A stretch of DNA of 35,752 nt from an uncultured bacterium (GCA_937894665.1 CALAWF010000027.1:1-35752), one strand, 5' to 3'; shown: positions 19,693-27,855, counted from the stretch's first letter. Program-made: numbers and translations. Notes: generated by a model from the letters alone, not told the origin.

Positions 19693-21369
19693 ATGAAGTA
19701 TGAAAATGTGTTTTCTTTGTTGGAAGAAATTACGGTAAATAATAGCGAAAAAATTTCACTTGGGATGAAATCTAAATGGGGCTGGAATGAATTTACCTAC
19801 AAAGGATTAGGACTTTTATCAAGACGCCTTGCTTCCTACTTGATAGAAGATTTACAAATTGAAAAAGGTGAAAAATTAGCAATTCTATCAGAATCTAAAC
19901 CGGAATATGGAGCATGCGTATTTGGTTCTGTTTTAGCAGGTTTAACTACAGTTCCACTAGACAACAAACTTACAATTTTTGAATTAAATTCAATTCTTTC
20001 AAACTGCGAGCCAACAGTAATGCTTGTTTCAAGCACCTATATTGACAAAGCAAAAGAATTAAAAAATAAAATTCCATCAATCAAACACATAATACTTATG
20101 GATTCTTCACCTAGTGAAGATGAACTTATTCCTAGTTTATATTCAATTCCTGAAAAATATAGTGCAAAATGGAGAAGACGTCCACTAAGTGCAACTGCAT
20201 TCACTATCTATACATCAGGAACAACCGGAGCTCCTAAAGGAGTAGAAATTACATTTAAAAACATGCTTGCTCAAATGCATGATTTAAAAATTGCGTTGAA
20301 ACAAATTCTTCCATTAAACGAAGAAATGAGAATGCTTTCAATATTGCCAATGAATCATTTATTTGAGTTAACTGTCGGATTTTTTACATTCTTAAATCAC
20401 GGCTACTCAATATATTATACAAAAAGTTTAAAGCCTAACGATATTCTTGAAGTAATGAAAGAAAAGAAAATCCGCTTTATGATTACCGTTCCAGCATTTT
20501 TGAAACTTTTAAAAGCCTCTATTGAATCCGAAATAAATAAGAAATCTCCAATTATAAAATTCCTATTTAATATGAATTATGCAATAGCAAAAATCTTACC
20601 AATAAAAATGAGAAAATATTTATTCGCTCCAATACATAAAAAATTTGGAGGGGAATTCTTTGGCTGTATCGCTGGAGGAGCACCATTAGATGTTCATGTT
20701 GGAGAATTTTTTGAAAGAATTGGAATATCTGTTCACCAAGGCTACGGATTATCAGAAACTAGCCCTGTTGTTGCAGTTAATAGGGGGAAATACCAAGATA
20801 TGAAGTCTGTTGGACCGGTACTTGATTCTTTTGAAGTTAAAATAGATGATTCTACAGGTGAATTAATGCTCAAAGGACCATCTGTTATGAAAGGTTATTA
20901 CAAAAGGCCGGACTTAACGAATGAAGTAATAAATCCGGATGGTTGGCTGCACACAGGCGATATTGCAAGAATTGATAGCAAAACAAAGCTAATTTATATA
21001 ACAGGACGTATTAAAAATATGATTGTTCTATCAGGCGGCAAGAAAGTATTTCCTGAAGAAATCGAAGCCGTATTAGAACAAAGTCCAAATTTTGCAGAAG
21101 TATGCGTTACAGGGGTAAAAAGAAGTTTTGGAGAAAAAGACGGCTGTGAAGAAATTGCAGTTGTAATAGTTCCAACTGTCGAATTTTCGTCAAATTTTGA
21201 CTCATTTGAAAATTTAGAAAAATCTATTCAAACAGAAGTTAAATATCTGTCAACACAACTCGCACCATACAAACGTCCGATTAAAATAATCGTACGAAAA
21301 GAAAATCTACCAAGAACCACAACAAGAAAATTAAAACGAAAAGAAATTAAAGAATTAATTATGCAATAA
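19693..21369 (+). CDS. AMP-dependent acyl-CoA synthetase/ligase (long-chain fatty acid type)
   Basis: AMP-binding motifs YTSGTTGAPKGV, QGYGLSETSP, TGDIARID and the terminal PRTTTRKLKR. The start is moved to MKYENVF, preceded by AGGGG. Confidence 0.88.
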   Translation: MKYENVFSLLEEITVNNSEKISLGMKSKWGWNEFTYKGLGLLSRRLASYLIEDLQIEKGEKLAILSESKPEYGACVFGSVLAGLTTVPLDNKLTIFELNSILSNCEPTVMLVSSTYIDKAKELKNKIPSIKHIILMDSSPSEDELIPSLYSIPEKYSAKWRRRPLSATAFTIYTSGTTGAPKGVEITFKNMLAQMHDLKIALKQILPLNEEMRMLSILPMNHLFELTVGFFTFLNHGYSIYYTKSLKPNDILEVMKEKKIRFMITVPAFLKLLKASIESEINKKSPIIKFLFNMNYAIAKILPIKMRKYLFAPIHKKFGGEFFGCIAGGAPLDVHVGEFFERIGISVHQGYGLSETSPVVAVNRGKYQDMKSVGPVLDSFEVKIDDSTGELMLKGPSVMKGYYKRPDLTNEVINPDGWLHTGDIARIDSKTKLIYITGRIKNMIVLSGGKKVFPEEIEAVLEQSPNFAEVCVTGVKRSFGEKDGCEEIAVVIVPTVEFSSNFDSFENLEKSIQTEVKYLSTQLAPYKRPIKIIVRKENLPRTTTRKLKRKEIKELIMQ

Positions 21370-21380
21370 AAATATTAATA

Positions 21381-22055
21381 TCACTTTTTTAAATATTTTT
21401 GATTTTTTTCAGATAAAATATATGCGGCACAGCCTCGACCTGTACCCTCTAAAGTACAAGTACCATAAGCATATCCGCCTTTTAAACCATCCGGATATAT
21501 TCCATCTAAAGCGGTTGTGAAACCAAAAACATCTTTTCCTAAAGTATTTGGACCATTATTAGCTCCATTTATATCTACAATAATATCTGAACCCATACCA
21601 CAAGCAGTTAATTTCCCCGTTTGCAACCAATATCCTCCACAGTTTCTATCATGCCCAAAAGGAATTGTCATTCCATTATTCAAATCGAGTGAGGGCAAAT
21701 TCGAAACAGGTCGGAACCATACAGACCCATTCAAGTAATAGATATATCCGTTTGTTCTTGAATGCCCACCAAGTTGCGATTTATACAAATCTCTTTTTAT
21801 CCCTGCACAAGCATGGCAATTTGCATTTGAATCTTCTATTCCTGGATAATTCGTTGGAGTTACGCCATATTCTTCAGTAATTTGTCTGAACGCCAGAGAT
21901 AATAAACTGTAAGCCTTTTGAACTCGAGTTATTGTTGCCTTTTCTCTATATTTACTAATCATAGTAGGTATTGTAATCGCAGCAACAACACCGATTATAC
22001 CAAGCGTGATAAGGACTTCTGCAAGTGTAAATGCTTTGTTTTTAAAAATCTTCAT
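21381..22055 (-). CDS. prepilin-type N-terminal cleavage/methylation domain protein (type IV pilin or pseudopilin-like)
   Basis: N-terminus MKIFKNKAFTLAEVLITLGIIGVVAAITIP matches the class III signal (FTL-E +5 Glu, hydrophobic helix). The C-terminal domain is Cys-rich. Confidence 0.85.
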   Translation of the reverse strand: MKIFKNKAFTLAEVLITLGIIGVVAAITIPTMISKYREKATITRVQKAYSLLSLAFRQITEEYGVTPTNYPGIEDSNANCHACAGIKRDLYKSQLGGHSRTNGYIYYLNGSVWFRPVSNLPSLDLNNGMTIPFGHDRNCGGYWLQTGKLTACGMGSDIIVDINGANNGPNTLGKDVFGFTTALDGIYPDGLKGGYAYGTCTLEGTGRGCAAYILSEKNQKYLKK

Positions 22056-22100
22056 ATGTAAATTATAAAGATTTTTTTACTTGGTGTACACTGTCCCTCA

Positions 22101-22124
22101 CATCATATCATATCATATCATATC
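22101..22124. repeat. pentanucleotide microsatellite, (TATCA/ATCAT) about 4.8 units
   Basis: catca-tatca-tatca-tatca-tatc read directly, 46-70 nt upstream of the pilin-like gene ATG (22055, minus strand). Confidence 0.9.
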
Positions 22125-22209
22125 GGGCATTATAACTGGGTTTCAGACCTTTGCATAGAAGATTCACATTTCGTTACAATTCACTCAATTGAGAAAACTT
22201 AACGCAGCC

Positions 22210-22375
22210 GTCATCCTGAGCAAAGCGAAGGATCTCTAACTTAGGCGTACAGATAGAGATTCCAAACTAAATTCGGAATGACAGTGCGAATAGAATACCT
22301 TGCATTTAGTCAGAGATTCTTCGGGGAAATTTGCAAAACTACTTTCATATACAACAGCTTACCCCTCAGAATGAC
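22210..22375. repeat. cluster of REP/MITE-like units (GTCATYCTGAG...CGAAGRATCTCT), one forward and two inverted
   Basis: Unit A is 22210-22237 (gtcatcctgagcaaagcgaaggatctct). Unit B is 22255-22282 (agagattcc..ttcggaatgac, reverse orientation). Unit C is 22312-22375 (agagattcttcgggg...cccctcagaatgac, reverse orientation) with a GGGG/CCCC-closed insertion. A further gtcattcg lies near 22428. Confidence 0.7.
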
Positions 22376-22466
22376 GTAAATTTGATAAGGGGGTCGGGGG
22401 CGTTGCCCCAGAGAACTCGAGCCATTTGGTCATTCGTGTTTTTCTTTTTCAGCATACATTATACTT

Positions 22467-23903
22467 CTACGCAACTTGAGATTGTTGAACTTGTGTAGGA
22501 TTGTTTTGTTGTGCAGCTTCTCTTTTCATTTCTTTGTACATCTCAATTCCTTCAATCCAGTTAGGAACAATATTCAAATCCTTTTCTACAATTTCTTGCG
22601 GAAGAGCAGCATGGTGAATTTTTGGAAGGAAGTAATCTTCTGAATATTCAATTGGCTTCGAAATATTATCATCCGTATCATTACAAATAAATGTCATTTT
22701 ACCTTTATTGTCAGTTTTATACCCAACAATAGTAATCTCATGACCGTTTATAATAATATTATTGTTATCTGTTTCTGTATAACCAATGATTACATTTTCA
22801 CCCATTTCCAAAGCCTGTACGATATGACGTTTCATTGTACCCAAGTCGGTTTCATAACCAACTAGTCTAGCATTTTCATCAACTGTTTGATAAGTTACAG
22901 AAAGAATATTTTTATCAAATACCACAGATTCTGTAAAAGTTTTTTCAAATTCTATCAAACCCTTGTCGTTTTGGTTAAATTTTCCGCCCCTTTTATCAGT
23001 TATTGTATTATATGATTGCTCTGAACCTATTTGCATGAATGTTGATTGCATCAACACATCAAGAGGAGTTCTTTCGTACGGGTCTTTATCTGTTGTTTGA
23101 ATTTGAGCTCTTAATAAAGCATTTTTATCAGGTGCAAATTTTAATTTTGCATCCGAAAAATTGTGCATTTCATATGGAATTTCAAAAGCATTTAATAACC
23201 AAATTGCATTCAAGGTATTATCTGCAAGATTTTTTAATTCTATCTTTTTATCTACAGATAATTTTGGAGAACTTAATTCATTTGCAAATCTAGAAAATTC
23301 CGCAGGTTGCTGTTTGGCTAACTTAAATTCTGTACTTGCAGCAACACAAGTTCCGGAAAGATCAACATCAATATCTTGTTTTCCTTGCTGAATATCAAAA
23401 TAATTAGTTTTGCCTTCATTATTCTGAGCAATAGCTTGTTGTCTATATTTTTTAGGAATATCACCGAATTTTTGAGTAATAACATAAGGATAAGCAATTG
23501 TGGCTATGGTATCTTTCAAAATTCCATCCGCACTTAGTCCTTCTGCTCTTGGTTCTGTGGCTATTTTATAAAGATTGTCTAATACGGTAGATTTATCATT
23601 TGATTCACAGTTCAACAGTACTCCATTTTTCAATAAAGTATCTAAAACTTTTCTATTATTTTTATCCAATTTTGAGGATAAAAACGTATATTTTTGAGTT
23701 TCGTCTTTTCCACTCAAAGTAGTTCTCAAGTTTAAATTTTGAGTTTGTCCCGTTGCTGTCATAGGAACGGGTTTTGCAGAAGTAAATGATGGTACACTCA
23801 CCGCCTGAACATTATTTGACGGCATGGTAACATTCTTTGCACGTTGAATTGTGTTATAATTATATTGTTGGATATGAGAATTTATTCTATCTACCATATT
23901 CAC
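22467..23903 (-). CDS. large hypothetical protein with a possible papain-fold Cys/His peptidase-like C-terminal region
   Basis: 478-aa ORF with candidate catalytic residues DLSGTCVAASTEF (Cys), INGHEITIVGY (His) and NDTDD (Asp). The N-terminal 60 aa are low complexity. The family call is tentative. Confidence 0.8.
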   Translation of the reverse strand: MNMVDRINSHIQQYNYNTIQRAKNVTMPSNNVQAVSVPSFTSAKPVPMTATGQTQNLNLRTTLSGKDETQKYTFLSSKLDKNNRKVLDTLLKNGVLLNCESNDKSTVLDNLYKIATEPRAEGLSADGILKDTIATIAYPYVITQKFGDIPKKYRQQAIAQNNEGKTNYFDIQQGKQDIDVDLSGTCVAASTEFKLAKQQPAEFSRFANELSSPKLSVDKKIELKNLADNTLNAIWLLNAFEIPYEMHNFSDAKLKFAPDKNALLRAQIQTTDKDPYERTPLDVLMQSTFMQIGSEQSYNTITDKRGGKFNQNDKGLIEFEKTFTESVVFDKNILSVTYQTVDENARLVGYETDLGTMKRHIVQALEMGENVIIGYTETDNNNIIINGHEITIVGYKTDNKGKMTFICNDTDDNISKPIEYSEDYFLPKIHHAALPQEIVEKDLNIVPNWIEGIEMYKEMKREAAQQNNPTQVQQSQVA

Positions 23904-23987
23904 TCCACAAGTATATTAAAAATAGAAAATACGAAAAATTGCTAAATACCAGCTATTTTTGTAAATAAATATTAAAAGAGGTTATCA

Positions 23988-24992
23988 TTGAAAAACTCAA
24001 AAGTCAAACCAATGACAAAAGAACAAATTCTAATTTCTATAGATAGATTAACAAGGTTCAAAAGTACCGAAGTAAAATATTTAAGAGTTTTTCGAGATAT
24101 TTTAACAAATAATTTAATCACCCCAAAATTCAAAAAGTCCGAATTGGAACAGATGAATTATGAAGAACTAAAAAATTGGGCAGAATTTGTTATAAACTAT
24201 TCACTTCAAGAAATGGGAGAAGATTTAGACGAAGATTATATAATTAATCAAAAATTATATAATTATGAAAAATCAGTATTTATTTTTGGTAAAGATGTTG
24301 AAAACTTACTAAAAAATAAAATTAATTATAAGGCATGCTTAAGTTTAATAGAAGAAAACGCACCTAAGAATTTGCAATGGCTAAAAATATTGTCCCAAGG
24401 AAATGATGTTGAATTTCGCCAGAAAAAAGCATTAAGATTTCCCGTAGAAAAAGTTGTAATAGCAGAAGGAGCAACAGAAGAAACATTACTTCCGGAATTT
24501 GGAAAACATTGCGAATTCGATTTTGATAAAGAGGGAATTTACGTCCTTTCTGCCGGAGGAAAAAATCAAGTTGTTAAATTATATTATAGCCTTTCTGAAA
24601 TATTGAGATTACCTATCTTTGTACTTTTAGACAAAGACGCAAGCGAAAATCTTGAAGAAATTAAACCTAAACTTAGACCTTGTGATAAAATTCATTTGTT
24701 AAAATGCGGAGAATTTGAAGATTTATTGCCAATTGACTTAGTATTAAGAACATTGGAATATGAATTAAAAAACATTTCGATACTAGAAAAAGAAAAATTA
24801 AATGAAGATATTCCAAGAGTTCAATTTTTGGAAGAAGTTTTCAAAACTCGAGGCATGCACGAATTTAAAAAAGTAGAATTTGCTCAAATGGTAAAATTAA
24901 ACATCAAAACAGATGCAGATATTTCACCTGAAATCCGTGATATTATTGAAGAAATAAGAAAAGCAAAATTAAATATAAAAAAATTGGGATGA
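23988..24992 (+). CDS. standalone OLD-family TOPRIM-domain protein
   Basis: VEKVVIAEGATEETLLPEF (TOPRIM Glu), LSAGGKNQV and FVLLDKDAS (DxD) lie in the C-terminal half, with FEDLLP after them. The N-terminal ~150 aa are helical with no ATPase motifs. The track start is TTG preceded by AAAGAGG. An in-frame ATG lies at 24012. Confidence 0.8.
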   Translation: MKNSKVKPMTKEQILISIDRLTRFKSTEVKYLRVFRDILTNNLITPKFKKSELEQMNYEELKNWAEFVINYSLQEMGEDLDEDYIINQKLYNYEKSVFIFGKDVENLLKNKINYKACLSLIEENAPKNLQWLKILSQGNDVEFRQKKALRFPVEKVVIAEGATEETLLPEFGKHCEFDFDKEGIYVLSAGGKNQVVKLYYSLSEILRLPIFVLLDKDASENLEEIKPKLRPCDKIHLLKCGEFEDLLPIDLVLRTLEYELKNISILEKEKLNEDIPRVQFLEEVFKTRGMHEFKKVEFAQMVKLNIKTDADISPEIRDIIEEIRKAKLNIKKLG

Positions 24993-24997
24993 AGTGG

Positions 24998-25026
24998 TTG
25001 ACATTTAATTTTGTTTAGCCTACAAT
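24998..25026 (+). promoter_or_regulatory. sigma-70-type promoter for tRNA-Glu
   Basis: TTGACA (24998-25003), 17-nt spacer, TACAAT (25021-25026), 24 nt upstream of the tRNA 5' end. Confidence 0.7.
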
Positions 25027-25049
25027 AACTCTTGTAGCAAAAAGTTCAA

Positions 25050-25122
25050 GCCCCCATCGTCTAGAGGCCTAGGACAACACCCTTTCACGGTGTAGACAGC
25101 GATTCGAATTCGCTTGGGGGTA
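25050..25122 (+). tRNA. trnE: tRNA-Glu (anticodon UUC), CCA not encoded
   Basis: Hand-folded cloverleaf. Acceptor GCCCCCA/TGGGGGT (G1-U72 wobble). D stem GTCT/GGAC. Anticodon stem ACACC/GGTGT with loop CT-TTC-AC. T arm AGCGA-TTCGAAT-TCGCT. Discriminator A. The gene is followed by TTT rather than CCA. Confidence 0.9.
25082..25122 (+). repeat. attL: 41-bp direct repeat (tRNA-Glu from the anticodon loop to the discriminator)
   Basis: ctttcacggtgtagacagcgattcgaattcgcttgggggta is identical at 25082-25122 and 33070-33110. Flanking bases differ on both sides. Confidence 0.9.
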
Positions 25123-25140
25123 TTTTATAAAAATAAAGAT

Positions 25141-25172
25141 ATGACTAGCTTTGAGGCTAGTTATTTTTTTTG
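25141..25172. terminator. bidirectional intrinsic terminator (tRNA-Glu on plus, int on minus)
   Basis: Stem ATGACTAGC/GCTAGTTAT with a 6-nt loop. It is followed by a T8 run on the plus strand and by a T-rich run on the minus strand. Confidence 0.6.
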
Positions 25173-25205
25173 TTTAGTTTTCAAATCCTCCCTAAAATTA
25201 ACTAA

Positions 25206-25226
25206 ATGGTAACAACTATGGTAACA
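25206..25226 (+). repeat. tandem ATGGTAACA doublet (candidate integrase arm-type sites, attL arm)
   Basis: atggtaaca at 25206-25214 and 25218-25226. The same 9-mer doublet recurs at 32934-32953 in the same orientation. Confidence 0.6.
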
Positions 25227-25232
25227 AAAATT

Positions 25233-26363
25233 TTAATCCAGTTTTTGACTACCAAAAATTTTCTTATCCAGTAATGCGTTCGCTTGGACTGGTAACTCAT
25301 GTAAAATTTGCGTATAAACTTTTGACGTAACGATAGTATTACTATGTCCAACTTGTCTAGATATATACTCTAGAGGCACACCACACAAGTGCATTATATC
25401 TACATACTGTCCTCTTAGGTCATGCACTCGACAATAGTCTTCATCATACCCACATTCGATTAATAAAGCTCGGAACTTACGTTCAACCCACTTTGCTCCG
25501 ACAATATTTCCTTGTGAGGTTCTAAATAAAAAATCGTCATTACTAACCACAAATTTATCAATATGCCACTGAATAATATTAAGCACCTGTTCCGATATAT
25601 CAACAATTCTAGTTGACGCTTCTTTCTTAGTTCTGTTCTTTAATTGTCCTTTAGTAAACTGCTTGTTAATAAATATTCGCCTATTTGGTATATCTATATC
25701 GCTAATTTTTAAGGCTGAATATTCTCCAACCCTTGCACCCGTAAGAGTTGCAAGTACAAACAGACAGTAATATTCAGGGAACTTTTTCTTGCAAACTGAT
25801 ATAAGCTCAGCTAATTCCTTGGTCGAAAACCGATTTCGTAGCTTTTGGGGAATTGACTTATTACTCATTCCTACGAATGGATTAGTTCTCACTTGTTCCA
25901 ATTTCATAGCATAGTTGAATGAGGCTTTTAATACTTTGACACACATGTTATAGGCGTGCGGACTTGCTTTTTTGTTGTGCATACTTCTCTCCCATGCCTG
26001 TATCAATGTGGGTGTGATTTTAGTAACTTTAATATCTTTGAAAAATGATAAGTGATTACGTAACACTCCCTCATAGTTTGATACTGTGCCGAGAGAATAT
26101 TCTCCCTCATTCTTTGCGAAATCGAGAAATAATTTGACAACGTCATATACAGTAGCTTCGTTGTTTAATTCTATTTTGTTTGCTTCAAAGTTGTTTAGAA
26201 ACTCTCTCTCGGCTTTTTCGGCTTCTTTTTTGGTCAAGAATGTTCCAACAACTTTTTGCTTTCGCTCTGAGTTGCCGAACCTGTCATATTTACCTGTTTC
26301 GACCCTCACAACAGAACGCCAACGAATAGCACCGCTGGGATTTGTTCGCTTTTGAACCACCAT
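25233..26363 (-). CDS. int: tyrosine-type site-specific integrase (phage integrase family)
   Basis: The N-terminal arm-type DNA-binding segment (GAIRWRSVVRVETGKYDRFGNSERKQKVVGTFLTKKEAEKAEREF) comes first. Catalytic residues are TGARVGE (Arg), HDLRGQY (HxxR) and GHSNTIVTSKVYTQ (His...Tyr). Confidence 0.93.
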   Translation of the reverse strand: MVVQKRTNPSGAIRWRSVVRVETGKYDRFGNSERKQKVVGTFLTKKEAEKAEREFLNNFEANKIELNNEATVYDVVKLFLDFAKNEGEYSLGTVSNYEGVLRNHLSFFKDIKVTKITPTLIQAWERSMHNKKASPHAYNMCVKVLKASFNYAMKLEQVRTNPFVGMSNKSIPQKLRNRFSTKELAELISVCKKKFPEYYCLFVLATLTGARVGEYSALKISDIDIPNRRIFINKQFTKGQLKNRTKKEASTRIVDISEQVLNIIQWHIDKFVVSNDDFLFRTSQGNIVGAKWVERKFRALLIECGYDEDYCRVHDLRGQYVDIMHLCGVPLEYISRQVGHSNTIVTSKVYTQILHELPVQANALLDKKIFGSQKLD

Positions 26364-26584
26364 TACTGCACCTCAGGCTGATGATAGTGTGCTTCTTTGA
26401 ATTTAATTATTTCATCTTTAACCCAAAGTTTTTTACCGCCGTAATTGACGAAACCAATACTTTTTTCGTTCAACATTAATTTTCGGGCATAGTGGTATTT
26501 TAAACCGAGAATTTCTGCAACCTGTTTCAAAGTAATAAGCACTTTTTCACCAATGTTACTGTTTGTTATCGTGTTAACTGCCAT
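26363..26584 (-). CDS. xis: excisionase-family/MerR-like HTH DNA-binding protein
   Basis: 73 aa. LTLKQVAEILGLKYHYARKLM...GGKKLWVKDEIIKF fits the excisionase-type winged HTH. Its stop overlaps the int ATG (TAATG), indicating translational coupling. Confidence 0.8.
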   Translation of the reverse strand: MAVNTITNSNIGEKVLITLKQVAEILGLKYHYARKLMLNEKSIGFVNYGGKKLWVKDEIIKFKEAHYHQPEVQ

Positions 26585-26695
26585 ATTTTGTCTCCTTTAT
26601 TGTTGTCAATATTTTCTATTTTTCTTAACGGTGTTCATTATTTATTTACATTTACTGTAATTAATATACAACAAAAATTTTTATTGTCAACTATA

Positions 26696-26712
26696 AATGA
26701 ACAATGTTCATT
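26696..26712. promoter_or_regulatory. 17-bp palindromic operator candidate in the xis/int - XRE divergent region
   Basis: AATGAACA-A-TGTTCATT is a perfect palindrome. An extra half-site TGTTCATT lies at 26632-26639. A TTGCCA-N16-TAAAGT promoter-like element lies immediately downstream, before the XRE gene. Confidence 0.5.
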
Positions 26713-26758
26713 AATTTGCCACAATATTTTTTTGTGTTAAAGTTAAAGTGGAGGTTTT

Positions 26759-27151
26759 ATGTCAATACGGAAACGAATAACAAATACAGACTATGATAGT
26801 CTTTCTGAAAACATCGGTAAAAAATTCAAGCAGTACAGACTTAAAGCTGGATTATCTTTACGTGATATTTACAGAGAGGAACAGATTAGTATTGCCTTAA
26901 TATCAGATTTGGAAGCAGGAAAGAAGCTACCTAGAATGGAAACGTTAGTTCGCCTATGCAACAAAGTTGGCATGCCTTTAGACGAAGTTTTTAGCTCTAG
27001 AATTACTCCCTCTCGAGTTGATTTAATTGCTGGAGGGCAGAGTACTGAGGATAAAATGAGAACAATCCTGTTGAATGACAATATTCCAACCAGCCTTGCT
27101 GATGAACTAGTCAAATACTTTGAGTTTTTAAAGACAAAAGAAAATTTGTAA
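26759..27151 (+). CDS. XRE-family HTH transcriptional regulator (cI-like island repressor candidate)
   Basis: HTH_XRE segment LKAGLSLRDIYREEQISIALISDLEAGKKLPRMETLVRLCNKVGMPLDEVF. GGAGG RBS. Divergent from xis-int. Confidence 0.85.
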   Translation: MSIRKRITNTDYDSLSENIGKKFKQYRLKAGLSLRDIYREEQISIALISDLEAGKKLPRMETLVRLCNKVGMPLDEVFSSRITPSRVDLIAGGQSTEDKMRTILLNDNIPTSLADELVKYFEFLKTKENL

Positions 27152-27197
27152 CATGCACTTGAAAAGGAAACTTAATCATGTTATAATAGGAGTAGAA

Positions 27198-27530
27198 ATG
27201 GATAAACAATATACAGCAGTGCTTACCGATGAAGCAGATGAACAGTTGCTTGAGCTATCCTCGGAGGACAGAGAAACTATACTTGAAGCAATTCGTGCAT
27301 TTGAATTAATCGGAAGAGGTTATAAAAACCTCAATACACTGGGCGACAAGCTCTTTGAAATAAAACCGCAAGGGGTAAGAGCATACTTCATGTACCACCC
27401 CAAACAACGAAAGATTATAATAGTAGGTTTTATATGCTTAAAAACTACAAAGAAAGCTCCGCCACGATATAAAGAACAGGCACGCAGAAATGTTGCAAAA
27501 TACCTTGAACAGGAGGCTCAAAATGGCTAG
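27198..27530 (+). CDS. RelE/ParE-superfamily toxin, Gp49/HigB-like
   Basis: Start at MDKQYT, preceded by AGGAG. LFEIKPQGVRAYFMYHPKQRKIIIVGFICLKTTKKAPP follows the Gp49-like pattern (L.E.r...G.yRv.y......i.ll..f.KK....P). Confidence 0.7.
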   Translation: MDKQYTAVLTDEADEQLLELSSEDRETILEAIRAFELIGRGYKNLNTLGDKLFEIKPQGVRAYFMYHPKQRKIIIVGFICLKTTKKAPPRYKEQARRNVAKYLEQEAQNG

Positions 27531-27828
27531 AACACTTGATGAAATCCTTAAGGATAGAAAAATAGTTACCCAAGAACAAGCTGACAGAATTGAGAAAAAT
27601 GCAATCACTGAAGCTGAGCATTATTGGGGTGGAAAACGTGCTAATTCAGGTAGAAAAGCAAAAATTGCAGATAGCCCACGAAATAAGCAGATTAAGGTAT
27701 CTGACGGGGTAAAAGTTGCAATCCAGTATGCCTATGCCAATGGTATTGTTATAAGTATCGATGACATTAAATTACTCCAATATGCAAAAGAAACAGGTAT
27801 TACTTTAGATAAATTGCAGCATGCTTAA
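27523..27828 (+). CDS. putative antitoxin/DNA-binding partner of the Gp49-like toxin
   Basis: Start at MARTLDE, preceded by AGGAGG and overlapping the toxin stop by 8 nt. It carries a basic GGKRANSGRKAK tract followed by a beta-strand-like KQIKVSDGVKVAIQ. No canonical XRE HTH is visible. Confidence 0.55.
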   Translation: MARTLDEILKDRKIVTQEQADRIEKNAITEAEHYWGGKRANSGRKAKIADSPRNKQIKVSDGVKVAIQYAYANGIVISIDDIKLLQYAKETGITLDKLQHA

Positions 27829-27855
27829 TCATAACAAAAGACATAATTACACTAG

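Noticed and set aside
22101-22440. Possible CRISPR array
   Set aside because: The repeats are degenerate, in mixed orientation, irregularly spaced and only 3-4 in number. There are no cas genes. They fit a REP/MITE-like family, not CRISPR.
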